64,000 nucleotides of DNA from Ottowia sp. (GTDB taxonomy: Bacteria > Pseudomonadota > Gammaproteobacteria > Burkholderiales > Burkholderiaceae_C): contig JBQNAO010000003.1 in the NCBI GenBank assembly GCA_052170415.1, forward strand, positions 43,400-107,399. Direction: 5' to 3'. Shown here piece after piece: positions 49,151-62,973 of the stretch (positions within the stretch are counted from its first letter, which is position 1; every line of letters begins with the position of its first letter). The position numbers and the translations under genes are program-made. The notes below the pieces were generated by a model. That model worked only from the letters and a program-made list of their open reading frames with translations, had not been told where the DNA came from and searched no databases.

Positions 49151-51040
49151 TCAGCTTTCGCTTGGTATTTCTTCGCCCTGCATTTCGTCCAGCATCTTGC
49201 GGGCGTGCCAGGCGGAGAAGTAGGCGTGGAGACGCTCGCACAATTGTTGTGTGCTCATCCCTCTGGGGTCGAATCTTTGCAGGGTGACGCTACGTTTCTT
49301 TGCGCAGATTCGTACCCGCCTTTTGCTGTTGCGGGCCGACTCGGGCAGGCGGGCCTCGGGCGTGAGGATGAAGGTGGGTTCAAAGATGCCGAGCCGCGAT
49401 TGGAGCCTGACGTCGTCGATGTCGCCCCACCCAAGGGGCGCGCGCAGACCGGACACGTACAGGGCCTCGGGCGTAAGGGTCATGATTTCGGCTTGCGAGC
49501 GTCGCCATGTGCGCCAGGCCAGGGCGGCAAATGCCACGCAGGCGGCAAGAACGATGGCCATGCCCCATGACCAGCTCATGCTTTTGACGCCATCCGCCAC
49601 TTGACGCAGAAAGATGGCGCCGGCGCCCAGCGCGGCGAGCGCGTAAAGCCACAGAACGATGCGGCTTTCGTACACGGTGACATGGCCTTGCGCCTGCTGG
49701 CTGATTTCGGTGAGTTCGCGGCGCATGCGCTCGTTGTTGTCGGCCGCGACGGCCTTGAAGTCGGCCAGTAGCTGGCGCTGCACGGCGTCGTAGTCGGCAA
49801 AGAGCGAGTACGCCCACGGCAGGGTGTCGGCGTCGGGCGCGGTCAGCGCGGGCATGGTTGGCAGGCCCAGCGCGCGCAGGCGCTCCAGCGTGGGCGGGTG
49901 GGTGTCGTAAGGGTGGCTGGTGGCGGCTTCGGCGTCCAGGTCAGGCGCTTGCAGCGGGCGGGCCTGCACGTCGGCCAGCAGCATGGCGATGAGGTCCTGC
50001 CCTGCCTGGGCGGGGCGGCGGGCGATGGCGTCCAGGCGTTCGTGCACGAGCGGCTCCAGGGCGCTGACGTGCACCAGTGCACGGGCGGCTGTTTCGGCGC
50101 TGGTGATGCGGGCGCTGACGGCGTCGGCTTGCAGCTCGCGCACGCGGTCCCAGTGGCTGACAGCGCCATGAAAGCTCTCCAGCAGGTAAAGGCCGAAGAC
50201 GGCGGCGGGAATGCTGCCCAGAGCGGCTTGATCCTCGTCGTCGCCAACCACGCTGTGCAGGGCGTGTTCCATGCTGGCGTAAAGGGGCAAAAAGCGCATG
50301 CTGTAGGCGCTGTCTTCGCCCAGAAAGTGCCCCAGCTCATGGGCGACGATGGCGTCGGTTTCATCACGCCGCAGCAGGCACAGGTAGGGGAGCGGCAGGT
50401 GCAGCGTGCGGCCCGTGAGCAACTGGGCGGCGGGCATGGCGCGCAAGCTGGCGCTGGTGACGTAAAAGCTCTCGCTCACGCCCAGCACGATGTTGTCGGG
50501 CGGCTCGGTGCCCACGCGGGCGGCCAGTTCGCGCGCGTAGCGCCACAGACCGGGCGCCTGCTCGGGCGCAAGGGGCAGGCCCAGTATTTCGTCCGGTTCG
50601 GTTTGCTGCGGCATGGGGCGGCGCAGCCGCCACAGCGCCGCGCCTGCGCTCCACGCAATGGATGCGGTGATGAGCGCGCCCGTTTGCGTCATGACAAGCA
50701 GCGCCAGAAATGCCAGCAAGACGAGCGCCAGCAGCAAACCCAGGTAGCGCGGCAGGCCCGCGTGCCAGCGCGAAAAGGCGGTCAGCAATTCATCGCGCGA
50801 GTGCATGGCGCGCCGGCCTGCGCGGCGCACGGCCCAGATGCCGAAGCCACCCCACAAGGCGGCGGCCAGTCCCGCCACGGCTGCCACCCACGCGGCGGCA
50901 AGCTGCACGGGGCGCTGTGCGCCGCCGCCGGTGTGGTGACTGATCGCCCATGCGCCAATCAGGGCGGCAGCCAGCGGCGGCAGCGCCATCCACAGCAGTA
51001 CGCGAACGATGCCGGGCAAACGGTTGAACAAGTTGAACAT
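49151..51040 (-). CDS. M48-family zinc metallopeptidase, membrane-bound, with extra C-terminal TM/soluble region
   Basis: 629 aa. HELGHF (HExxH). Multiple N-terminal TM segments. Confidence 0.75.
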   Translation of the reverse strand: MFNLFNRLPGIVRVLLWMALPPLAAALIGAWAISHHTGGGAQRPVQLAAAWVAAVAGLAAALWGGFGIWAVRRAGRRAMHSRDELLTAFSRWHAGLPRYLGLLLALVLLAFLALLVMTQTGALITASIAWSAGAALWRLRRPMPQQTEPDEILGLPLAPEQAPGLWRYARELAARVGTEPPDNIVLGVSESFYVTSASLRAMPAAQLLTGRTLHLPLPYLCLLRRDETDAIVAHELGHFLGEDSAYSMRFLPLYASMEHALHSVVGDDEDQAALGSIPAAVFGLYLLESFHGAVSHWDRVRELQADAVSARITSAETAARALVHVSALEPLVHERLDAIARRPAQAGQDLIAMLLADVQARPLQAPDLDAEAATSHPYDTHPPTLERLRALGLPTMPALTAPDADTLPWAYSLFADYDAVQRQLLADFKAVAADNNERMRRELTEISQQAQGHVTVYESRIVLWLYALAALGAGAIFLRQVADGVKSMSWSWGMAIVLAACVAFAALAWRTWRRSQAEIMTLTPEALYVSGLRAPLGWGDIDDVRLQSRLGIFEPTFILTPEARLPESARNSKRRVRICAKKRSVTLQRFDPRGMSTQQLCERLHAYFSAWHARKMLDEMQGEEIPSES

Positions 51041-51235
51041 GGGGTTTTTCCCGAATCAGCAGAGGCGTCTGGCGCTTGCCGTGAAATCGCTGGGCAACTG
51101 GCGCTGCACGGCGTCGGCATCGGTGTCGCCTGGCGCGATCGGCGCGGACGCCGTTTCCATGTCCGGCACGCGCAGGCGTTCCACGGCGCATGGCGGGGTT
51201 GCTGGCTTGGTTTGGGGATGGGTTTTTATTGGCTC

Positions 51236-51533
51236 TCAGAGGCTCTCAAACACCTCGCCTGCGGTGGCGATGGCGCTCTGCATATTCTGCGCGCCAAGGG
51301 CGGCGCGGGTGACGGCTTCGAGCGCCTCGGGGTGGCCGTGGCCAAGAATCATCGCCCCAGGAGCCGATGTGGTCGATATAGCGCTGGCCCTGCCCATTTC
51401 ACATATACATACCCTCGACGCGGCGGATGAAAGCGGGCGTGCCGCCGACGGCCTTGAAGGCGCGTACGAGAGAGTGGACGCCGCCGGGAACGCTGCGCTG
51501 CGTGCGCTGGAAAAGTTGCTCATTGGCGCTCAT
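51236..51533 (-). pseudogene. hemL: Remnant of glutamate-1-semialdehyde 2,1-aminomutase (hemL), 5' fragment only
   Basis: From the ATG at 51533: [47 protein letters not shown](stop where Trp is expected)[15 protein letters not shown]. A frameshift follows, then [18 protein letters not shown]... Only about 95 of roughly 430 codons remain. Confidence 0.7.
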
Positions 51534-51674
51534 GGCTGGAGATCGCAAAAAAACGGGGAAGGGAAACCGGGCGCAATTGCTCCTGATGCTCCTGATGCTC
51601 CTGACTGCGAATCCGTTGCCGATCCTGCCCCAGGGCGGCGGCGACCGACCCCCGGCGCTAGACTCGCGCCCGCC

Positions 51675-52445
51675 ATGTTCGACCGCACCCGTTCCTACGC
51701 CCGGGCCATCCTGGAGCGCGACCCCGCCGCCCGCAGCGTGTGGGATGTGCTGTTTTCCTATCCCGGCTTTCACGCGCTCATGCTGCACCGCGTGGCCCAC
51801 TGGCTGTGGCAGCGCGGCTGGCTGTGGCTGGCGCGCTGGATTTCGCACTGGGGGCGCTGGCTCACGGGCATCGAAATTCACCCCGGCGCGACCATAGGCG
51901 AGCGCGTGTTCATCGATCACGGCATGGGCGTGGTCATCGGCGAAACGGCCGAAATCGGCGACGACTGCACCATCTATCAGGGCGTGACGCTGGGCGGCAC
52001 CTCGCTGGACAAGGGCAAAAAGCGCCATCCCACGCTGGGCAAGGGCGTGGTGGTGGGGGCCAATTCGCAGGTGCTGGGCAGCTTTACCGTGGGCGACGGT
52101 GCCAAGATCGGCTCGGCCGCCGTGGTGACCAAGCCGGTTCCCGCCGGGGCCACGGCCGTGGGCAACCCGGCGCGCATCATCCAGCCCGGCGACGCCCGGC
52201 GGCGCGAGCAGGCCGCCGCGCAAATGGGCTTTTCGGCCTACGGCGTTACGCAAAGCGATGACCCCGTCAGCCTGGCGCTGCGCGGCTTGATCGACGGCAC
52301 CGCCACGCAGGGCCAGCAAATCGCCCTGCTGTGGCAGGCCGTGGAAAAACTGGCCTGCCAGATCGACCCCGACTGCGTGCCCGCGCAGGCCGAGCGCGAA
52401 AGCCACTTCGAGGCCGACAGGCTCAACGACTTGGTGGGCAAATGA
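51675..52445 (+). CDS. cysE: Serine O-acetyltransferase
   Basis: Internal ATG gives [19 protein letters not shown]... [43 protein letters not shown] (hexapeptide repeats). Confidence 0.88.
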   Translation: MFDRTRSYARAILERDPAARSVWDVLFSYPGFHALMLHRVAHWLWQRGWLWLARWISHWGRWLTGIEIHPGATIGERVFIDHGMGVVIGETAEIGDDCTIYQGVTLGGTSLDKGKKRHPTLGKGVVVGANSQVLGSFTVGDGAKIGSAAVVTKPVPAGATAVGNPARIIQPGDARRREQAAAQMGFSAYGVTQSDDPVSLALRGLIDGTATQGQQIALLWQAVEKLACQIDPDCVPAQAERESHFEADRLNDLVGK

Positions 52446-52471
52446 GGCCCGGCCGCCCGCCCTTTGCTCAT

Positions 52472-52528
52472 TTTTTTGTAGCTGCCGGCGCAGTATTTAC
52501 GGGCCTTGCGGCCGCTTTGGCCGTTTGG
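52472..52528 (+). repeat. DnaA-box intergenic repeat family, copy L (3' core fragment only)
   Basis: GTAGCTGCCGGCGCAGTATTTACGGGCCTTGCGGCCGCTTTGGCC. Confidence 0.4.
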
Positions 52529-52548
52529 GCAGGCCCGAAGGAAGCGGC

Positions 52549-53511
52549 ATGAGCGCGCCCGCCCTGGCCTTCGAGGGCGTGAGCAAGCGCTACGGCCAGG
52601 GCCCGCAGGCGCTCGATGACGTCAGCCTGGAAGTGCCCGCAGGCAGCGTGACCGGCCTGCTGGGGCCCAACGGCGCGGGCAAGACCACGCTCATCAGCAT
52701 CCTGGCCGGACTGGCGCGGCCCAGCGCCGGCCGCGCGTGCGTGCTGGGCGTGGATGTGCAGCGCCAGCCGCTCAAGGCCCGCCGCCTGCTGGGCGTGGTG
52801 CCGCAGGAGCTTTCCAGCGACCCCTTTTTCACCGTGCGCGAGGCGCTGCGCCTGCAATCGGGCTACTTCGGCCTGCGCCGCAACGATGGCTGGATCGACG
52901 AGCTGCTGCATAACCTGGGCTTGGCCGACAAGGCCGACTCTCTGCCGCGCCAACTCTCGGGCGGCATGAAGCGCCGCCTCATGGTGGCGCAGGCGCTGGT
53001 GCACCGCCCCCCCGTCATCGTGCTGGATGAGCCGACTGCCGGCGTGGATGTGGACTTGCGCCAGAGCCTGTGGCAGTTCATCACCCGCCTCAACCGCGAG
53101 GGCCACACCATCTTGCTGACCACGCACTATCTGGAAGAAGCGCAGGCCCTGGCCGACCGCATCGCCATGCTGCGCCGTGGCCGTCTGGTGGCCCTGGCCG
53201 GCACGGCCGAGCTGCTGGCCGCAGCTTCGGGCGGCGCGCTGGCCTTCAGCGTGGCCGCCGACACGGCGAACTGGCCCGAGAGCCTGCCCGCCGCCCTGCG
53301 GCCCGCCGCGCGCGTGACGGGCCACTCGGTGCAGCTTCCCGTGCAGGGCGCGCTCGACGTGGAGCAGGCCCTGACCGCCCTGCGCCTGGCCGGCCTGGCG
53401 GTGGAAAACGTGCAGGTGCGCCGGGCCGATCTGGAAGACGTGTTTTTGCGCGTGATGGCCGATGCGGCCGATGGCGCTGATGCCGCCCCGGCGGAAAGGG
53501 CCGCGTCATGA
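52549..53511 (+). CDS. ABC-2 type transporter ATP-binding protein (YadG-like)
   Basis: Internal ATG with a [45 protein letters not shown]. Confidence 0.85.
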   Translation: MSAPALAFEGVSKRYGQGPQALDDVSLEVPAGSVTGLLGPNGAGKTTLISILAGLARPSAGRACVLGVDVQRQPLKARRLLGVVPQELSSDPFFTVREALRLQSGYFGLRRNDGWIDELLHNLGLADKADSLPRQLSGGMKRRLMVAQALVHRPPVIVLDEPTAGVDVDLRQSLWQFITRLNREGHTILLTTHYLEEAQALADRIAMLRRGRLVALAGTAELLAAASGGALAFSVAADTANWPESLPAALRPAARVTGHSVQLPVQGALDVEQALTALRLAGLAVENVQVRRADLEDVFLRVMADAADGADAAPAERAAS

Positions 53512-54263
53512 CAGGCTGGCAGGCCCTGCTCTACAAGGAAGTACTGCGCTTTTGGAAAGTGGGCCTGCAAACCGTGGCCGTGCCCGTGTTTTCGGCCCTG
53601 CTGTATCTGCTCATCTTCGGCCAGGTGTTGCAAGAGCATGTGCAGCCGCGCCCCGGCGTGTCCTACATCGCCTTTTTGGCCCCCGGGCTGGTGATGATGA
53701 GCGTGCTGCAAAGCGCCTTTGCCAATAGCTCTTCCAGCCTGATTCAAAACAAGATCACCGGCGGGCTGGTGTTTTTGCAGCTTGCGCCCATTTCGCCCCT
53801 GGGCTGGTTTGCCGCCTACGTGGGCGCGGCCGTGCTGCGCGCGCTGGCCGTGGGCGCGGGGGTGGGCCTGGCCGCCTGGCTGTTTGCCCCCTTCAGTCTG
53901 GCGCAGCCGCTGTGGGCGCTGGCCTTTGCCCTGTGCGGCGCGGCGATGATGGGCGCGCTGGGCCTGATCGCCGGGCTGTGGGCCGAAAAATTCGATCAGA
54001 TGGCCGCCTTCCAGAGCTTTTTCATCATGCCGCTGACCATGCTCGGCGGCGTTTTCTATTCTGTGCACAGCCTGCCCGCGCCCTGGCGGCAAATCAGCCG
54101 CATGAATCCGTTTTTCTACATGATCGACGGCTTTCGCCACGGCCTGATCGGCGCAGGCGAAGTCGCGCCCTGGCTGGGCCTGGGCGTGACTGCCGCCGCT
54201 GCCGCTGCATGCGGCCTGCTGGCGCTGGCGCTGCTGCGCTCGGGCTACAAGCTGCGCAGTTGA
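53508..54263 (+). CDS. ABC-2 type transporter permease (YadH-like)
   Basis: 251 aa with six TM segments. ATGA overlap with the ATPase gene. Confidence 0.8.
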   Translation: MTGWQALLYKEVLRFWKVGLQTVAVPVFSALLYLLIFGQVLQEHVQPRPGVSYIAFLAPGLVMMSVLQSAFANSSSSLIQNKITGGLVFLQLAPISPLGWFAAYVGAAVLRALAVGAGVGLAAWLFAPFSLAQPLWALAFALCGAAMMGALGLIAGLWAEKFDQMAAFQSFFIMPLTMLGGVFYSVHSLPAPWRQISRMNPFFYMIDGFRHGLIGAGEVAPWLGLGVTAAAAAACGLLALALLRSGYKLRS

Positions 54264-54317
54264 AGGCGCGTTTTTTCCACCCTGCTTTTTTTCTCCAAGA
54301 CCAAGGAAGACTTTCCC

Positions 54318-54572
54318 ATGATGGACGCTGAAGACATCAAATCCCACATCGCCGCCGGCCTGCCCTGCGAAGTGCTGCACGTGGAGGGCGACGGGCGGCA
54401 CTGGTTTGCCACCATCGTCTCGCCCGCCTTCGAGGGCAAGCGCCTCATCCAGCGCCACCAGCAGGTGTACGCCACCCTGGGCGATCAGCTTCGCAGCGAG
54501 GCGCTGCACGCCCTGTCCATGAAAACCTTCACCCCCGCCGAATGGGCCGCCCGCGGCGGGCAGGCGGACTGA
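54318..54572 (+). CDS. BolA/IbaG-family protein
   Basis: 84 aa. ...VEGDGRHWFATIVSPAFEGKRLIQRHQQVYATL...HALSMKTFTPAEW. Confidence 0.85.
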   Translation: MMDAEDIKSHIAAGLPCEVLHVEGDGRHWFATIVSPAFEGKRLIQRHQQVYATLGDQLRSEALHALSMKTFTPAEWAARGGQAD

Positions 54573-54590
54573 AAACCCGCCCCCGCCTTT

Positions 54591-54662
54591 TTCAATAGGG
54601 CGCTCCGCTATCAAAGCAAGAGCACCCCACGCAGCATCCACGGGCCTTTTGGCCCGTTTTTG
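54591..54662 (+). repeat. DnaA-box intergenic repeat family, copy M (degenerate/chimeric)
   Basis: GCTATCAAAGCAAGAGCACCCCACGCAGCATCCACGGGCCTTTTGGCCCGTTTTTG. Confidence 0.4.
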
Positions 54663-54687
54663 TTTTGCATCGGGGTTTGCGAGGGGC

Positions 54688-54715
54688 TTGCCTCGGGGGG
54701 GGGGGAAGGGATACT
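54688..54715 (+). promoter_or_regulatory. Candidate promoter with a G11 homopolymer in the spacer
   Basis: TTGCCT (54688..54693), 16-nt spacer C-G11-AAGG (G11 = 54695..54705), GATACT (54710..54715). About 45 nt upstream of the ATG at 54761. Confidence 0.35.
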
Positions 54716-54760
54716 GGCGGCGCTTGTTTCAGGCGTTTTCACTTGCAAAAGGAGATCACC

Positions 54761-56047
54761 ATGCCGCTTGGCTGTCCCGCATCTGTTTTTTCAAGCGCCG
54801 CTGGCCGCGCCCGCTTTTTTCCGCGCCCTGGCTGGGCGTTGTCCGCGCTGCTGGCGGCGGCGCTGGCCGCTTGCGGGGGCAGCGATGGGGGCGATGCGCC
54901 GGCTCCCACGCCTACTCCTCCACCCGCCCCGTCCACCCCGCCCGCTTCGCCTTTGCCCACGCCCCAGCCTGCCGAGTGGCCGCTGCCGCAAGTCACGGGC
55001 GGGCAGGCCGCGCTGCTGGCCGGTTCGCTGCAAAGCGATACCAAGGCCGCCTGCGGGCGGGTGGATGCGGCCGATCCGCTGCAAAGCCGCTTTGGCTCCA
55101 CCACGCACGCCATGATCGTGGGCGCAGACGGGGCGGTGTATCTGACCGACCGGGCCTGCTGGAAAGACAGGGACAAGGTGCCCGATGTGGTGCGCAAGAT
55201 TGCCCCGGATGGGCGGGTGAGCACGGTTGCCACGGGGGCATTCGAGGAAAGGTCGGGGCGCTTGCAAAGCTTCATACGGCCAGCCGGTTTGGCGCTGGGG
55301 GCCGATGGCGCGCTGTATGTGAGCGATGCCGGCAGGTATGGCGGTGTGGATCAGGAAGGGTCTTGCCCGGGCGTGACCAGCTTTGCAGCGGGATATCCGC
55401 GCCCCTCTCCCGGTTTTTCGGGGGGTGTGTGGCGCGTGCCTCCGGGCGGCGCGCCGCAGGCCCTGGCGGGCGTTGTGCGTCAGGGGTGCGTTTTGGCGGC
55501 AGAGGAGGACGATGGCGTGGGTGTGGTTGCCAGTTTCTGCTCGCCGGGGGCGCTGGCCTTTGATGCCCAGGGCCGCCTGAATGTGATTGACCACCACCGC
55601 AGCACATCAAGGCAAACCGCCTTGCGCGTGCTGGAGCCTGTATCTGGCGCTGCTGCCGAAGATGTGGCGGTTCGCGTGCGCAGCCGGGTGCGTGGCGATT
55701 ACGGCCCTCACATGGTGAGCGACCGCAACGGGCGCATTTACCTGGCGGACAAGGGCTGCGGCGCGTCGCCCGGCCAGCTCATCGCAGCCGATGACTTGAG
55801 CGTGGCCGCCACGCAGGTGCCCAACACTACCTTGCTGGCCATCGACAGCCGGGGCCGGGTGTATTCGGCTTCTTCCGAAGCGCGCAGGGAAAGGAGGATG
55901 TCGGTGATCTACCGCAGCGAGCGCATGGGCGGCGAATTCGTGCCCGTGGCCACCGGCGTGCCCGAGCTGCACGCCCTGGCGGTGGGGCCGGATGACGCGC
56001 TCTACCTCAAAGCCGGGCACGCGGTGATCCGCATCCGCTTCGATTGA
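54761..56047 (+). CDS. Lipoprotein with NHL/beta-propeller-like repeats
   Basis: ATG preceded by AAAGGAGA. Lipobox LAAC and a Pro-rich tether ([23 protein letters not shown]). Repeated motifs G(A/R)LYVSD, GRLNVID, GRIYLAD, GRVYSAS, DALYLKA. Confidence 0.65.
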   Translation: MPLGCPASVFSSAAGRARFFPRPGWALSALLAAALAACGGSDGGDAPAPTPTPPPAPSTPPASPLPTPQPAEWPLPQVTGGQAALLAGSLQSDTKAACGRVDAADPLQSRFGSTTHAMIVGADGAVYLTDRACWKDRDKVPDVVRKIAPDGRVSTVATGAFEERSGRLQSFIRPAGLALGADGALYVSDAGRYGGVDQEGSCPGVTSFAAGYPRPSPGFSGGVWRVPPGGAPQALAGVVRQGCVLAAEEDDGVGVVASFCSPGALAFDAQGRLNVIDHHRSTSRQTALRVLEPVSGAAAEDVAVRVRSRVRGDYGPHMVSDRNGRIYLADKGCGASPGQLIAADDLSVAATQVPNTTLLAIDSRGRVYSASSEARRERRMSVIYRSERMGGEFVPVATGVPELHALAVGPDDALYLKAGHAVIRIRFD

Positions 56048-56064
56048 GCGGCGGCGGGCGCCTT

Positions 56065-57150
56065 TCAGGTGTTGGAAACGCGTATGCCCGGGAAGCGGCT
56101 GGAGTAGTCCTTGGCCTGGGCGGCGATTTTCACGGCCAGCCGCCGGGCGATGGCGCGGTAGGTTTCGGCCTCGGCGCTGTCCGGGGCGGCGATGACGGTG
56201 GGGCAGCCGCTGTCGGCCTGCTCGCGTATGTGCAGCGCCAGCGGCAGGCCGCCCAGGTAGTCCACGCCATATTCGGCCGCCATGCGCTGGCCGCCGCCCG
56301 CGCCGAAGATGTGTTCCTCGTGCCCGCACTGCGTGCAGCGGTGCATGGCCATGTTTTCCACCACACCCAGAATGGGCACGCCCACTTTCTCGAACATGGC
56401 GATGCCCCGGCGCGCGTCGATCAAGGCGATGTCCTGCGGCGTGGTGACGATGACTGCGCCGGTCACGGGCGCGCGCTGGCTGATGGAAAGCTGCACATCG
56501 CCCGTGCCGGGGGGCATGTCCACGATCAGGTAGTCCACGTCGTGCCAGGCGGTCTGGCGCATGAGCTGATCGAGCGCCTGCGTAACCATGGGGCCGCGCC
56601 AGATCATGGCCTGCCCGTCAGACACCATCATGCCGATGGAGATCACCTGCACGCCATGCGCCATCACCGGCTGCATCATCTTGCCGTTGTGCTCGGGCTG
56701 GCCGCGCGCGCCCATCATCACGGGCTGGCTGGGGCCGTAGATGTCGGCGTCCAGCATGCCCACCGTTGCGCCCTCGGCCGCCAGCGCCAGCGCCAGATTG
56801 GCCGCCGTGGTGCTCTTGCCCACGCCGCCCTTGCCGGAAGCCACGGCGATCATGTTTTTCACGCCCGGCAGCAGCGGCACGCCGCGCTGCACGCTGTGGG
56901 CGATGATTTTGAAATCCACATTCGCCGTGGCCTGCTGCACGCCGGGCACGCTGCGGGCGGCGTCTTCCAGCATTTGGCGGATGGGGGCGATCTGGCTGCG
57001 CGCGGGGTAGCCCAGCGTCACGTCAAAGCTCACGCTGGCGCCTTGCGCGCGCAGGTTTTTCAGCAGCTTGGTGGAAACGAAATCCTTGCCCGTGTTCGGG
57101 TCGATCACGCCTTGCAGCGCGGCCATCAGGGCGGCCTGGTCCATGCTCAT
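56065..57150 (-). CDS. apbC: Mrp/ApbC Fe-S cluster carrier ATPase
   Basis: 361 aa. [19 protein letters not shown]-loop and the CxxC pair [12 protein letters not shown]. Divergent from metG, as in enterobacteria. Confidence 0.9.
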   Translation of the reverse strand: MSMDQAALMAALQGVIDPNTGKDFVSTKLLKNLRAQGASVSFDVTLGYPARSQIAPIRQMLEDAARSVPGVQQATANVDFKIIAHSVQRGVPLLPGVKNMIAVASGKGGVGKSTTAANLALALAAEGATVGMLDADIYGPSQPVMMGARGQPEHNGKMMQPVMAHGVQVISIGMMVSDGQAMIWRGPMVTQALDQLMRQTAWHDVDYLIVDMPPGTGDVQLSISQRAPVTGAVIVTTPQDIALIDARRGIAMFEKVGVPILGVVENMAMHRCTQCGHEEHIFGAGGGQRMAAEYGVDYLGGLPLALHIREQADSGCPTVIAAPDSAEAETYRAIARRLAVKIAAQAKDYSSRFPGIRVSNT

Positions 57151-57255
57151 GGGAAGTGTCCTTGCGGGAGTTGTTTCAATGGGCGCGGCAGTCTATCCGT
57201 GAGGGGTGAAACCCTAAAATCAGTGGCTTTTCTTCAACTGTCTGCAAATACAGCC

Positions 57256-59352
<2,097 letters not shown>

Positions 59353-59535
59353 CACCTAAGTTTTTCAGGCGCTACCGCTCTTAGCATCGATTTCCGCGCC
59401 ACATCCGGGGCCTGCCCACCTGGGGCCGGGCTTTCTGCAATGGCGGCGGGGCGGCTTGCCTAAGGGCGTGTGTTCTTTGTCTGCACGCCGGCTGCGCAGC
59501 CGCTGCCTTCCTCTCTTTTTTGCAAAGGACACATC

Positions 59536-60432
59536 ATGAAAAAGAAACTGCTGGCACTCGCTGCCGTCTCCCTGCTGGCCGCTCCCGCCTGGGCGCAACC
59601 GGCCGACACGCTGGAAAAAGTCAAGGCCAGCGGCGAAATCAGCCTGGGCGTGCGCGACTCCTCCGGCCTGGGCTTCACCCTGGGCGGCGGCAAATACGTG
59701 GGCTTTCACACCGAAATGGCCGAGCGCATCATCGATGACCTGGGCAAGCACGTGGGCAAGGCGCTGAAGATCAACTACCAGGTCATCACCTCGCAAAACC
59801 GCATTCCGCTGATGCAAAACGGCACTATCGACTTCGAGTGCGGCTCCACCACCAACAGCAAGGCGCGCCAAAAGGATGTGGACTTTGCCGTGACCACTTA
59901 TGTGGAAGAAGTGCGCATGGCCGTCAAGGCCGACTCGAACATCGCCAGCGTGGCCGATCTGAACGGCAAAACCGTGGCCACCACCACCGGCACCACCAGC
60001 GTGCAGCATTTGCGCCGCCACGAGCGCGGGGCCAAGATCAACTTCAAGGAAGTGATGGGCAAGGACCACGCCGACAGCTTTTTGCTGCTGGAGTCGGGCC
60101 GCGCCGATGCCTTCGTGATGGATGCCTCCATCCTGGCCAAGAACATCTCCACGTCCAAAAACCCGGCCGGCTACAAGATCGTGGGCGAAGTGCTCTCGGT
60201 CGAGCCGATTGCCTGCATGCTGCGCAAGGGCGATGACAAGCTGCGCGCGGCCATCGACGCATCCATCAAGCGCCAGATTGCCGACGGCTCGCTGCAAAAG
60301 CTGTATGACAAATGGTTCATGCAGCCCATTCCGCCCAACAACGTGGCGCTGAACATGCCCCTGTCCGAAAGCACCAGGGCCGCCTGGGAGCACCCCAACA
60401 ACAAGCCCATGGAGGACTACGGCAAGAAGTAA
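59536..60432 (+). CDS. gltI: Glutamate/aspartate ABC transporter substrate-binding protein
   Basis: Internal ATG. Signal MKKKLLALAAVSLLAAPAWA. ITSQNRIPLMQNGTIDFECGSTTN is nearly identical to the E. coli GltI motif. Confidence 0.85.
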   Translation: MKKKLLALAAVSLLAAPAWAQPADTLEKVKASGEISLGVRDSSGLGFTLGGGKYVGFHTEMAERIIDDLGKHVGKALKINYQVITSQNRIPLMQNGTIDFECGSTTNSKARQKDVDFAVTTYVEEVRMAVKADSNIASVADLNGKTVATTTGTTSVQHLRRHERGAKINFKEVMGKDHADSFLLLESGRADAFVMDASILAKNISTSKNPAGYKIVGEVLSVEPIACMLRKGDDKLRAAIDASIKRQIADGSLQKLYDKWFMQPIPPNNVALNMPLSESTRAAWEHPNNKPMEDYGKK

Positions 60433-60570
60433 AGCGCCGCCTGGCCAGACGCGCGGCCTGCCCGAGTGCCGCCGTTTGCGCTGAAACAGGCGTTTGCCGC
60501 CCGCTGCACAGGCCTTTTTGCAGCGGGCGTTTTTCTTCCGGGCCTCCACAGTTAAAGAACGAATAAAGCG

Positions 60571-61320
60571 ATGAATCTGCAATGGTCGGTGTTCTGCCAG
60601 GACACCCTCACGAACGAAGAAGTGCCCGGCTGCCTAGGCGATGGCGGCGAGGTCGTCACCTATCTGGACTGGATGTTCAGCGCCTGGGGCTGGACGGTGT
60701 CCATCTCGCTGAGCGCGCTGGCGCTGGCGCTGCTGGTGGGCGCGGTCATCGGCGTGGTGCGCACGCTGCCCGATCGGCCCTGGCTGGTGCGGCTGGGCAA
60801 TGCCTGGGTGGAGCTGTTTCGCAACATTCCGCTGCTGGTGCAGATTTTTCTCTGGTACTACGTCGTGCCCGTGCTGCTGCCCTTCATGCAGGGCGTGCCC
60901 TCCTTCGTGCTGGCCGTGCTGGCGCTGGGGCTGTTCACCTCGGCGCGCTTTGCCGAGCAGTTGCGCTCGGGCATACAGGCGCTGCCGCGCGGCCAGCGCA
61001 TGGCCGGCATGGCGCTGGGCATGACCACGCCGCAGTACTACCGCTATGTGCTGCTGCCCATGGCCTTTCGCATCATCATGCCGCCGCTGACCAGCGAGTC
61101 CATGAACATCTTCAAAAACTCCTCCGTGGCCTTTGCCGTTTCCGTGGCCGAACTCACCCAGTTCGCCATGCAGGCCGGCGAGGAAACGGCGCGACCCATA
61201 GAGGTCTATCTGGCCGTGACCGCGCTCTACATCATCTCGGCGCTGTGCATCAACCGCCTGCTGGTGTTCATCGAGAAGAAAACCCGCGTGCCCGGCCTGA
61301 TCGCCGCAGGCGGGCGCTGA
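60571..61320 (+). CDS. gltJ: Glutamate/aspartate ABC transporter permease
   Basis: 249 aa, polar amino-acid permease (HisM/Q family), follows gltI. Confidence 0.8.
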   Translation: MNLQWSVFCQDTLTNEEVPGCLGDGGEVVTYLDWMFSAWGWTVSISLSALALALLVGAVIGVVRTLPDRPWLVRLGNAWVELFRNIPLLVQIFLWYYVVPVLLPFMQGVPSFVLAVLALGLFTSARFAEQLRSGIQALPRGQRMAGMALGMTTPQYYRYVLLPMAFRIIMPPLTSESMNIFKNSSVAFAVSVAELTQFAMQAGEETARPIEVYLAVTALYIISALCINRLLVFIEKKTRVPGLIAAGGR

Positions 61321-61336
61321 AAAAGGGGGGCGCGCC

Positions 61337-62005
61337 ATGCTCAATCTGGACTTTTCCTTCGTCACCTACGCCCTGCTGCAAGACTTCATCTTCAAGGGCC
61401 TGCGCTTCAGCCTCTTGCTCACCGCCGTAGCCACGCTGGGCGGCATTCTGTTTGGCACCGTGCTGGCGCTCATGCGCCTGTCGGGCGCGCGGTGGCTGCA
61501 GTGGCCCGCCGCGCTTTATGTCAACGGCATGCGCAGCATTCCGCTGGTCATGGTCATCCTGTGGTTTTATCTGCTCGTGCCCATGCTCACCGGGCGGCCC
61601 ATAGGGGCCGAATACTCGGCCATGCTCACCTTCATCGCGTTCGAGGCCGCCTACTTCAGCGAAATCATGCGCGCCGGCATCCAGTCCATCCCGCGCGGGC
61701 AGGTCTTTGCCGGGCAGGCTCTGGGCATGACTTATCTGCAAAACATGCGCCTGGTCGTGCTGCCGCAGGCCTTTCGCAACATGCTGCCCGTGCTGCTGAC
61801 GCAAACCATCATCTTGTTTCAGGACACCTCGCTGGTTTACGCCATAGGCGCCTATGACCTAATGAAAGGCTTTGATCTGGCAGGAAAAAACCTGGGCCGC
61901 ACGGTGGAAACCTACCTGCTGGCCGCGCTCTTTTACTTCGCCATCTGCTACAGCCTCTCCTGGCTGGTCAAACGCCTGCACGCGCGCGTGGCCATCATTC
62001 GCTGA
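61337..62005 (+). CDS. gltK: Glutamate/aspartate ABC transporter permease
   Basis: 222 aa. EAAYFSEIMRAGIQSIPRGQ EAA loop. Confidence 0.8.
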   Translation: MLNLDFSFVTYALLQDFIFKGLRFSLLLTAVATLGGILFGTVLALMRLSGARWLQWPAALYVNGMRSIPLVMVILWFYLLVPMLTGRPIGAEYSAMLTFIAFEAAYFSEIMRAGIQSIPRGQVFAGQALGMTYLQNMRLVVLPQAFRNMLPVLLTQTIILFQDTSLVYAIGAYDLMKGFDLAGKNLGRTVETYLLAALFYFAICYSLSWLVKRLHARVAIIR

Positions 62006-62071
62006 GGCAGATACGCCCAACCTCCTTCATTTCATGCAACCCACAAGCCAACCGAAGAAAGCCGCAGCAAC

Positions 62072-62821
<750 letters not shown>

Positions 62822-62825
62822 TTGC

Positions 62826-62908
62826 CTAAAAATCAGGCGAGATGCCCGCAGCGCCCGTAAATGCTGCGAAGCGTGCTATCAATTCAGGAAAAATCTGTGG
62901 ATAACTCG
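62826..62908 (-). repeat. DnaA-box intergenic repeat, copy N
   Basis: Reverse complement reads GAGTTATCCACAGATTTTTCCTGAATTGATAGCACGCTTCGCAGCATTTACGGGCGCTGCGGGCATCTCGCCTGATTTTT. DnaA box at 62896..62904. Confidence 0.9.
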
Positions 62909-62945
62909 CAAAAAAGCCCGGCTTCCCGAGGCGGGATGCCGGGCT
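62909..62945 (-). terminator. Hairpin terminator downstream of the OYE fragment
   Basis: AAAAAAGCCCGGC-loop-GCCGGGCTT (T-run on the minus strand). Confidence 0.6.
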
Positions 62946-62973
62946 TGGGCGGGCGGATTCTTTGGGGGCCGGT

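Noticed and set aside
56044-57255. The 404-codon N-terminal extension of the metG ORF (1102 aa as listed).
   Set aside because: The extension is antisense to apbC and has no MetRS similarity. The MetRS sequence starts at the internal ATG 57256 ([17 protein letters not shown]).
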